A DNA stretch of 64,000 nt from Arenicellales bacterium (lineage in GTDB: Bacteria > Pseudomonadota > Gammaproteobacteria > Arenicellales > JAJDZL01): contig OZ241916.1 in assembly GCA_965203865.1 (NCBI GenBank), positions 2,872,738 through 2,936,737 of the forward strand, given 5' to 3'. Positions 30,460-38,141 of the stretch are shown one piece after another (position 1 is the first letter of the stretch; each line of letters opens with the position of its first letter). The translations under genes were made by a program, and so were the position numbers. The notes beneath the pieces are model-generated. The model ran no database searches. It was not told the DNA's origin and saw nothing but the letters and a program-made list of their open reading frames with translations.

Positions 30460-30994
30460 GAGTTGATAACGTGGAAATTAATGAACTAACAGATGGAATT
30501 GCTGACCATAATTTTTTGCTCGCATACGTCCTTGATGTACTATTTGACTAACAAATATCGAATTTGCTGGATTAATCAGGGATTGAATTCAATTAAACCG
30601 GGTTATTTTCCGCAGTCAACAATGATTGCTGATTATATGAAAAGACACTTGATTAATCAAAAACGCAAAAAGGCGGATTTAGAATGCTGGACATTTTCTG
30701 CCGGAGCTCGATTGACGCAAAACAGAATGAGCAATAAGCCAATTCATTCAAAAAAGTTACCAATCAAGTTCTACTATACAGTTTCTGGCAATATCAATTA
30801 CCACTTCTTTGCCTTCAACTACACGCTTTATTCAATAAAATCAATTTTTCATTAAAGTGAAAACAAATTTTAAGGACTGACTATTCAAGTGTGGATGATT
30901 TTTTCTACCAATCTGTAAACTGTTGTTCCAGTGGAGCGCGGCCAGTCTGAACATGGGGGAGTATCTTTATTGCGTGCGCGTTGAATTGCTTCTT

Positions 30995-31432
30995 CTACCA
31001 TGACTTTTGTAATCGAGTTTCGATTTGGGTTGCCGACCTAATTCTCAAACCTTCCTCGAAATGAAGAAGAAGCCAGTACTCAAATTTTGGATTGCTTAGT
31101 GCTAATCCACGGCTATGAGCTTTTTGGGACCAATTATGAATCTTCAGCAATTGGTCTTCTGGCCAATTATCCCGGTCAACAATTATCCAGGTTTCGTCAT
31201 TTTCACCCAATGTGTTGTCTTTTAAATACTTATTGATTCGATTCAATAAATTTTCCGGGGCTACCTTTGTTGAACTAAAATTTAACGAATGAGTTCGTGC
31301 CGCTTCAGCAAAATTGTTCAAAATTCTGAAATACTGGGGTTCTGTTCTCCTACCCTCTGTACTCAAAATAAATAGTTTTTTAGGTGTCCTTGTCGGGTGT
31401 GTGCTTCTCGTGCTTCTGAATTTATGAGTCAT
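30995..31432 (-). CDS. RloB-like small Toprim-type protein
   Basis: Likely start is MTHKFRS (Met60 of the 204-aa ORF), one nt after the upstream stop. Motifs are FILSTEGRRTEPQYF (Toprim Glu), WIIVDRDNW (DxD) and LALSNPKFEYWLLLHFE. Confidence 0.8.
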   Translation of the reverse strand: MTHKFRSTRSTHPTRTPKKLFILSTEGRRTEPQYFRILNNFAEAARTHSLNFSSTKVAPENLLNRINKYLKDNTLGENDETWIIVDRDNWPEDQLLKIHNWSQKAHSRGLALSNPKFEYWLLLHFEEGLRIRSATQIETRLQKSW

Positions 31433-31433
31433 T

Positions 31434-32786
31434 TCATTCGCCAATAAAATCACGAGAAATTTCAGCGGGCTGGATTTCTGGTATTCCACCATACCGTCCT
31501 TGCAGATAACTTTTACGAATATCTTTATCGTAGCGAATGTCTTTAAAATCACTAAGAGAGAATAAAGAAGATTGACCGTATGTATCCCTTTCCATATGCC
31601 ATATTTCATCTCTGCGAAACAGTCTTTGGTCTATCAACGAATTATCATGAGTCGTGAACAGCAATTGCGTTTGTGTTCCAGAATTACAATTTTTCAAGTA
31701 GGTTTCAAGTAGAGTTCTTGTCATAAGGCTATGTAAGCAACGGTCGATTTCATCAATTAAATATACTCCCGACCGTTTGGGGGATGATTGTTGCGTAGCT
31801 GACAAATCAAGGAAGGCTGGTAAAAGGTCAATTGCACGTTGCGTCCCATGTGACTCAAGATGAATCTCAAAAGGCGTTTCCTTGTCATCTAGCGTACGAT
31901 GATATGCAATTAATTTCTTCGCAAGAATTTCACCATTTTCACGAGAAACAACAAATCGACCAGCCTGGTCAAGTAATACTCGGAGGCTCTCCCCCTCCTT
32001 TAATTCCTTTTCAATTTTAGATTTTATCTGTTCAGGCAACCGAAGATTATTAAATGGGACTTCCTCGTTGCCTAGCCGAAAAATTCCTGTATCTAAATGC
32101 TGTAGAATTTCACTCATATTTTCGTAAAGCGGGCTTGCTTCATCAATAAACTGTTCCAACCCCGCAAATCGACTATCGGGGGCAACTAGTTCAAGTGTCT
32201 TTTTGAACCAGTTGTAAACTGCTTTTAACTCTTTAGTTTTCTTGTATACAGATTTATGAGATACAGCATTTGTAAGAAAAAGCTGGTTCTCCCATGTTCC
32301 GTCAATTATGAATTTCAAATACTCATTTTTTGACAGATAACTGTGGAGGGCTATACGGTCATTCACTCGGTCAAATATTACTTTCTCACTACTGCTATTG
32401 AATATCACAAGTTTTTCTTTCAATACGTAATTCTTGTTCACGGAGAAGCTGTATTCATAAATCAAATTATCTATTAACAACTCAAATTTAAAATCGGTTG
32501 GACGTTTCAAACTTTTTGAATCTAGCCGAAATGGTTCCACTGGAATTAGTTCATCCGATTTTGTCCCTTCAATTATCAATGTTCTAGCAAAGTTGAGAGC
32601 CATGAACAAATTTGTTTTTCCTGAAGCATTCCCGCCGAATATCGCTGCAACTGGAAGAATTTTTGCTTGAAATTTTTTCAATTTAAAAATTCGTTCGCGA
32701 TGCTGTCGCTCTCGGGTGGCAATCATGGAAAATTTGGTCTCTTTACGAAAAGACATCCAGTTTTTTACTGTAAAACTTAGTAACAT
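31434..32786 (-). CDS. ABC-type (AAA_21/AAA_15-like) ATPase, partner of the RloB-like protein
   Basis: 450-aa ORF. Walker A FGGNASGKTNLF, Walker B/D-loop region YLIDEIDRCLHSL, and FTTHD. The C-terminus is SYLQGRYGGIP. Confidence 0.85.
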   Translation of the reverse strand: MLLSFTVKNWMSFRKETKFSMIATRERQHRERIFKLKKFQAKILPVAAIFGGNASGKTNLFMALNFARTLIIEGTKSDELIPVEPFRLDSKSLKRPTDFKFELLIDNLIYEYSFSVNKNYVLKEKLVIFNSSSEKVIFDRVNDRIALHSYLSKNEYLKFIIDGTWENQLFLTNAVSHKSVYKKTKELKAVYNWFKKTLELVAPDSRFAGLEQFIDEASPLYENMSEILQHLDTGIFRLGNEEVPFNNLRLPEQIKSKIEKELKEGESLRVLLDQAGRFVVSRENGEILAKKLIAYHRTLDDKETPFEIHLESHGTQRAIDLLPAFLDLSATQQSSPKRSGVYLIDEIDRCLHSLMTRTLLETYLKNCNSGTQTQLLFTTHDNSLIDQRLFRRDEIWHMERDTYGQSSLFSLSDFKDIRYDKDIRKSYLQGRYGGIPEIQPAEISRDFIGE

Positions 32787-33267
32787 ATTGCTTCAAAAAA
32801 GTAGTTTTGATTTAATTCAAGGTGTAAATTTAATTATTTAACCTTAATTTTACATTTATTATGAGAATATATCTCATAAAGTCAAGCAAAAAATTAACTT
32901 GAAACTCTGATGTTTGGACATCTTGAAAGTCTTTATTGTGCGAGCCATGGGAAAATCACATTCATGTTAGAATTTTAATCACGGACAAAAAAGACTGACC
33001 AAATTCTACCAAGTGAATTTTTAAACGCTTGGTTCAGAATTAAATTTGCAGATGCGGGAATCAACTGTATTGACCCGATAGTAACAACAGTACAGGAAAA
33101 TGGGCATTTCAACCGACTTTTCTTTTTGTCGTACTCCCTGAGGGTTTTGACGGTACAATACTGCTAATTACACTTGGAAGGTACCTAATCAAACAGATTA
33201 AAAGTATTCATGTTAACTATATGATTGCTTCGCACATTTCTGTAGAATAAATCATCGATATCATTTT

Positions 33268-33344
33268 CGGGGTATGGCGCAGTCTGGTAGCGCGCCTGCT
33301 TTGGGAGCAGGAAGCCGGGGGTTCAAATCCCTCTACCCCGACCA
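33268..33344 (+). tRNA. tRNA-Pro (anticodon UGG)
   Basis: A 77-nt cloverleaf folded by hand. Acceptor stem CGGGGTA/TACCCCG, D-arm GCGC-AGTCTGGTA-GCGC, anticodon arm CCTGC-TTTGGGA-GCAGG, T-arm GGGGG-TTCAAAT-CCCTC, discriminator A and an encoded CCA. Confidence 0.93.
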
Positions 33345-33514
33345 ATTTCTCCGGCAAGATAGACTTAACCAATGGGTCGCAACCGCAAATTCTGCTTGCT
33401 GTAATAGTCGCCAAGAAATCTCTAATCTTGTACAAACTTCCCTTGGTTTGAACTTGGTGCTGGTGGCTTGAAATGCCGCCAGCAAACTGACTCACTACTT
33501 GCAGATTAACTTTT

Positions 33515-34489
33515 CTATTTAGACTTCTTGGTTGGCAAGTGTGGGCCTATATACCCAATCTCTATACTTTGGGTAACCTTACAAAGACGAAAATGAATTC
33601 TCCCAACATTGCCAAAACGAGCATGCCACTCAAAAAATTCTTTCGAGCCCTCAGCGCTTAAAAAACTTCGACGTTCACGCAACTTCGGATTCGTTCTCAC
33701 ATTTTCTCCCTCTGGAGAAACACGGCATTTGAATTCAGGAAGGCTTGATTTTTTGACACGCCATTCTTCGCAGGTTTCATTCAATGCTTTTAATCTTTTG
33801 ATAACAGTTGGAAACTCCTGTTTGGGTAAATCTTGAATATGTTGCTCAACATCGAGACCAAATTTGAGGAACTGAAAAACGGAACATTTCATCGCCCAAA
33901 AGTCGCGTTGGTTCAAATTGACTTGTAACAGTTCAAGGTGAGACTCACAAATTGAATTTGCATGCCGGGCTTGTGTGAGGTTGTCTATGGTTTCTGATAC
34001 TTGTTCAACCGAACTGTCTTCGTACAATTCATTGAAATTGACCTTAATTTGCTCACAGTCCCAATTTTTGGATGAAAAACCGACTGCGATTGAATCAGTC
34101 ACAACACATAGAATTAAGGGGGCACCATCGTCGGGAGGCAATTTAACTTGATTTTGCGTTGAGTGAGATAAATACTCACAGTTGCTAAATCTTTCCTTAT
34201 ATGTTGCTTCGAGATTTTTATCTAGTGGATATTGGGCACTCAATTTTAAAAGAAGTTTAATCGAATCTTTAGCCTCCTGATAGTTATACGAACTTGGGTC
34301 TAAAAAACCATTCGGCTCTATTAGCTGCTGAATTTGCGGCCATTCTTTGGACATCCTCAGATTATTTTTTACAGCATTATTTGAAATCAGCAATGAAATG
34401 CCCGCCATAACATCTTTCAGCAGATGCGTCGCTTCATGGCGGTTATATGCCACAAGACTCACATGGTTGAGAACCATTTCACGTTTCAT
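33515..34489 (-). CDS. hypothetical protein, third gene of the DUF262-like/ATPase triad
   Basis: 324-aa ORF starting 1 nt after the ATPase gene stop. No motif could be assigned. The C-terminus is FFEWHARFGNVGRIHFRLCKVTQSIEIGYIGPHLPT. Confidence 0.7.
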   Translation of the reverse strand: MKREMVLNHVSLVAYNRHEATHLLKDVMAGISLLISNNAVKNNLRMSKEWPQIQQLIEPNGFLDPSSYNYQEAKDSIKLLLKLSAQYPLDKNLEATYKERFSNCEYLSHSTQNQVKLPPDDGAPLILCVVTDSIAVGFSSKNWDCEQIKVNFNELYEDSSVEQVSETIDNLTQARHANSICESHLELLQVNLNQRDFWAMKCSVFQFLKFGLDVEQHIQDLPKQEFPTVIKRLKALNETCEEWRVKKSSLPEFKCRVSPEGENVRTNPKLRERRSFLSAEGSKEFFEWHARFGNVGRIHFRLCKVTQSIEIGYIGPHLPTKKSK

Positions 34490-34490
34490 T

Positions 34491-35624
34491 TCAAAATTTC
34501 TGTTTCGGTACTAGCAGTTGAGCTAAATTCTGTTCATACTGGTCAAAAAATCCTTCTGGCCATTCCGACAATCTTCCATCGGGGTCAATTTCTGGAGTAG
34601 ATACAATTGATTTGCCCTTGTCGCGATTAAAATAATGAATTGAAACTTGATTCGGCTCAATTAATTCGTTCCTTACAGCGATTCGTACACCATCCAAGAA
34701 ATGGTCGCTATGTGTCTCTACAATTACTTGAACACCTGCCAAGGCAGCTAGCGCCGTTAATTCCGCAAGTTTCGTCTGTCCTCTCGGATGTAAATGAGCC
34801 TCTGGATTTTCAATTATGCAAAGTGTGCCTGGTCGGGACAGGAGTGAAACTATTACTGGCAAGACATACGAAAGACCAAATCCAACATTTGTCGCTCGAT
34901 AGACCCTTGACTCAACATCTTCGGGCTGGTCGAATTGAAATCCAGCACGGACAAAATCAACATCTTCAATAGGTTGGATTTTTAGGTGGGCACCTGGAGT
35001 CACTTCTTGAATCCAATGATCAACACCCGAAATAATGGTATTTTTTATCAAGCCCTTACATCTAGGATCATCTGGTTCCAAAGTTTTATTACTACGAGTA
35101 TATAGGTAACTCATTGAGTATTCGCCTTGCGCTCCAATCTGGCCGCTAGATGCAAATGCCTCAGAATGCGAATAAATTTTTTGCGGACCAATTCTCCCTG
35201 CACTAACATACCTGAATTTTCCTCCCAAGGGCGGCGTTTTGTGCCAGGAATTGTAAACACCTTGCTTGACTGGACAATCAGCAAAACTCAATTGGTCTGA
35301 TTTAGAGGCTTTGCCAGAACAGTCAAAACTTGATTTAAATATGGTTTGATTTTTATTATCTGTCAACTCTATCCGAGTTATGTCGGATTCTGAATTCTCA
35401 AACAGTATGTCGTACCCCGTACCCAACTCTATTAAACTTCCATTTAAGTTCAGTTTGCTGTCTCGTAAATCACCAGACTCAAATGACTGACGCAATAACA
35501 GCAAAGCTTGAATGACAGTGCTTTTCCCAGCACCATTGATGCCGCATAACAAGGTTAAGGGGGAACATTTTATATCCGCCTTCTCGAAACACTTAAAATT
35601 TGCAAGTTTAATTCTGCTAATCAC
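34491..35624 (-). CDS. AAA ATPase of the DUF3696 / AAA_15-21 type
   Basis: 377-aa ORF. N-terminus IKLANFKCFE, Walker A CGINGAGKST, IIENPEAHLHPRGQ, ETHSDHF, and C-terminal WPEGFFDQ. Confidence 0.85.
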   Translation of the reverse strand: MISRIKLANFKCFEKADIKCSPLTLLCGINGAGKSTVIQALLLLRQSFESGDLRDSKLNLNGSLIELGTGYDILFENSESDITRIELTDNKNQTIFKSSFDCSGKASKSDQLSFADCPVKQGVYNSWHKTPPLGGKFRYVSAGRIGPQKIYSHSEAFASSGQIGAQGEYSMSYLYTRSNKTLEPDDPRCKGLIKNTIISGVDHWIQEVTPGAHLKIQPIEDVDFVRAGFQFDQPEDVESRVYRATNVGFGLSYVLPVIVSLLSRPGTLCIIENPEAHLHPRGQTKLAELTALAALAGVQVIVETHSDHFLDGVRIAVRNELIEPNQVSIHYFNRDKGKSIVSTPEIDPDGRLSEWPEGFFDQYEQNLAQLLVPKQKF

Positions 35625-36856
35625 GAAGAAACAATCTCATGTATAAGACTTTGAATTGACTCAAATCGTTTCCTAACCCTTTGTGATAAACCGGTTGAAT
35701 AACTAATTGCTTTGTCAAATTCATCGTCTCGCAATACCAAATTTTTGAATTTATCCACGACTGATTCTTTTTGCTTGATGAGTACGTTTATTTCCTGTGA
35801 CGAACATTTTGCCAAGCAAACACTCCATACTTCAAATAGCGGTTTGCTAATTGGGGCTCTTGAATTATCAGGCTTGGGTTTCCGAAATGCTCTATCATCA
35901 AATATCTTTCGGGCTGCTGTCATCGAATCGAAGAATTTTCTTTTGGGCAACTCAAGGTCACCTTCGCTCATTTGGTTGACCTGTCGCATAGTGTTGACGA
36001 GAAAGCTATCAAGACTGTTCTCTTTGTAGTTTTCCCAGCCATTGAAATAAAAAGCAAGAAATCTTAACACACACTCTCGGTCTACCATTCGTTTTGGTCT
36101 TACCGAATTATCAGTTGCCAATTTGAATTCTTCAGAATCCGCAAGCTCCTTCAAATAATTTCTAACTTTACCGGGATTTAAAGCATGGCGAATTTCCTGT
36201 CCGTTTAACATCATACCGCCAGTATTGATTCGTTTAAAAATATTAAACATAACAGTAATGGGGGTTCTTGAATCAATTACATTGACAATTAACTGAGTCT
36301 CGTTAATTCGTCTTTGCATCGGTCTTGGAAGTTTATCATAGGAATTGCTGTCAAACCGGTCCAAATATTCCAAAGACCTTAGTTTAAATTTATTTCCAAC
36401 AAAATCGTTGATTGTTGAAATCCTTTGAATGCCATCAACCACCGACCAGTGTTCCTGGTTGTCAGCGGCAACATAGAAGACCGGAATAGGTACACGAAGC
36501 AACAATGATTCAATAAGTCTACTCTGTTGTACAGGACTCCATATCCCAATGTTCCTTTGCCATTCGGGGGATAGCTCTATCTCATTGTGTTCCATTCGCA
36601 AAACAATTTGTCCAACTGTAATATTTATCGTGTTTATTTTTATTTCTTCTGGATTGTATGGATCTTTAATGTCTGCAATTTTCGGATTTGGGTCATCCGG
36701 TTCCTCCTCAACATCAATATAGGCATCGTTTGTCTGAGGAAGTTCTCGGGAGGGGCATCCTGTATTTTTGTTTTTCAAGCTTAATAAATCCTCGTTCTGG
36801 TCACTGAATTCACCTTCAACTTGATTAGATTGATCGTCTATACATATTGATTGCAT
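35621..36856 (-). CDS. DUF262-type (ParB/Srx-fold, GmrSD N-terminal-like) protein without a recognisable HNH/DUF1524 tail
   Basis: 411-aa ORF. An acidic N-terminal extension is followed by PEWQRNIGIWSPVQQSRLIESLLLRVPIPVFY and VVDGIQRISTI (a variant of the DGQQR motif). It overlaps the ATPase gene by 4 nt. Confidence 0.8.
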   Translation of the reverse strand: MQSICIDDQSNQVEGEFSDQNEDLLSLKNKNTGCPSRELPQTNDAYIDVEEEPDDPNPKIADIKDPYNPEEIKINTINITVGQIVLRMEHNEIELSPEWQRNIGIWSPVQQSRLIESLLLRVPIPVFYVAADNQEHWSVVDGIQRISTINDFVGNKFKLRSLEYLDRFDSNSYDKLPRPMQRRINETQLIVNVIDSRTPITVMFNIFKRINTGGMMLNGQEIRHALNPGKVRNYLKELADSEEFKLATDNSVRPKRMVDRECVLRFLAFYFNGWENYKENSLDSFLVNTMRQVNQMSEGDLELPKRKFFDSMTAARKIFDDRAFRKPKPDNSRAPISKPLFEVWSVCLAKCSSQEINVLIKQKESVVDKFKNLVLRDDEFDKAISYSTGLSQRVRKRFESIQSLIHEIVSS

Positions 36857-37680
36857 TTCGCCCTCCTAGAGGGTCATAGTTAAAATATGGGAGCTTCGCA
36901 TTTCCAAGTATGAAACAAAAATAAGGAATTGAGAATCTTCACAATCTTTATTTGCGCTACATAACAACTGGGAAACTTGATTGTCATCGTTATGCCGGTA
37001 GTAGAATTTTTACTTCTGTAATTCTAATCGGCCAATCCGTCAAGTGTCAATTTTTATCGAAAAACAGAGTTTCCCGCTGGAAAGAAATTGAAGGCGAAAT
37101 TGTTGATTTTCCAGATTCGGCCAAGGCATGACAATGTTCTGGTCGGTGAATTCGGAGCTTGACCCCAAAGATTTTCGTGTTGCGAAATCGCGAATTTTCA
37201 GCGATTTTCGAGTTTCGGACGTGCCAGTGCCTGCCGCTTCTGGCAGCATGGTCAAGACCGGGACGACAAGCGGGTTTCAGGCGGTCAGCGGTGTCACCAG
37301 ACTGCGCATCTTGTCGGGCTTGTTCTTTTCCTGGTAGCCCAAGGCAATCGGCTTTGCGGAACGCTTCAAAATCTTCCCCGTCCAACAGGCTACAATAGAA
37401 CATGAAATTTGGTTTCGCCAGATTGCTTCTCCTGAGGCTTATAGCACCTCTTGAATGTGTATTACATTCTGTTCACTGTACCTCTGGAGGGCTTTCATGG
37501 TAACATTTTTTAAGTGTAAACAAGAAGTTGCAACAGATCCCGAGGATGCCGACGAGCCAGGCATGAAGGCGGGGTAGAAACGCGGCAAAAACAGGCGAAA
37601 TCGGTGTTTCAAGCCTTGAAAACGCAGATTCTTGGGGTAAAAAAATTTCAGGCAGTCAAATTCTCGTGTGAAATCAACAG

Positions 37681-37703
37681 CTTGGCAACTACGAAACTAA
37701 CTC
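37681..37703 (+). repeat. 23-nt motif CTTGGCAACTACGAAACTAACTC (copy 2 of 2)
   Basis: Matches 10895..10917 at 22 of 23 positions. Confidence 0.8.
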
Positions 37704-38141
37704 TCGAATAGGCTTGTTCGGCGGTGCTTCACCGCATTGAATATCTTGAATCTGATCTATTGGGCAGACACTCTCGCTTGCCGCCGGTGAAAACTCGTCC
37801 GCACAGCCGCTTCATGCCGTCGATTCGGACCTCGAACCTTGCTGATAAGCCGATCCGCTCAGTACCGGCACCGAATTGCACCGGGCAAATCGGAAAAACT
37901 CAACGCTAACGATTGCATGCATTTGTCTTCACTGCCTAATACAGCTTTCCCAGCCTTAAGCGGGGATCTGGGTTTAACAATACATGAGCAATTCTCAGAT
38001 ATGCTTCTCTTATGATTTTGTGAAGTTGTCCAAAGCAAACTCTCCCAAATCCAAACTGTCACATTGAAAAATGGACTGATGCTCTTCAGTCAATGAAAAA
38101 CATCAGTCATACAAATTTCTGTTTAGATTCAGTTTAAGTGT

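Noticed and set aside
30493-30855. 120-aa plus-strand ORF in the AT-rich spacer between sucA and the RloB-like gene.
   Set aside because: It has no SD, a very AT-rich low-complexity composition (Y/N/K/I-rich) and no motif. It is probably non-coding, though a small acquired gene cannot be excluded.
33217-33495. ORFs 33217..33495 (-) and 33274..33471 (+).
   Set aside because: Both overlap the tRNA-Pro gene and have no coding features.
33345-38141. Classical tRNA-integrated genomic island with an integrase and att repeats.
   Set aside because: No integrase or recombinase ORF is present, and I could not find a direct repeat of the tRNA-Pro 3' end by eye. A computational search is needed before excluding a degraded att site.
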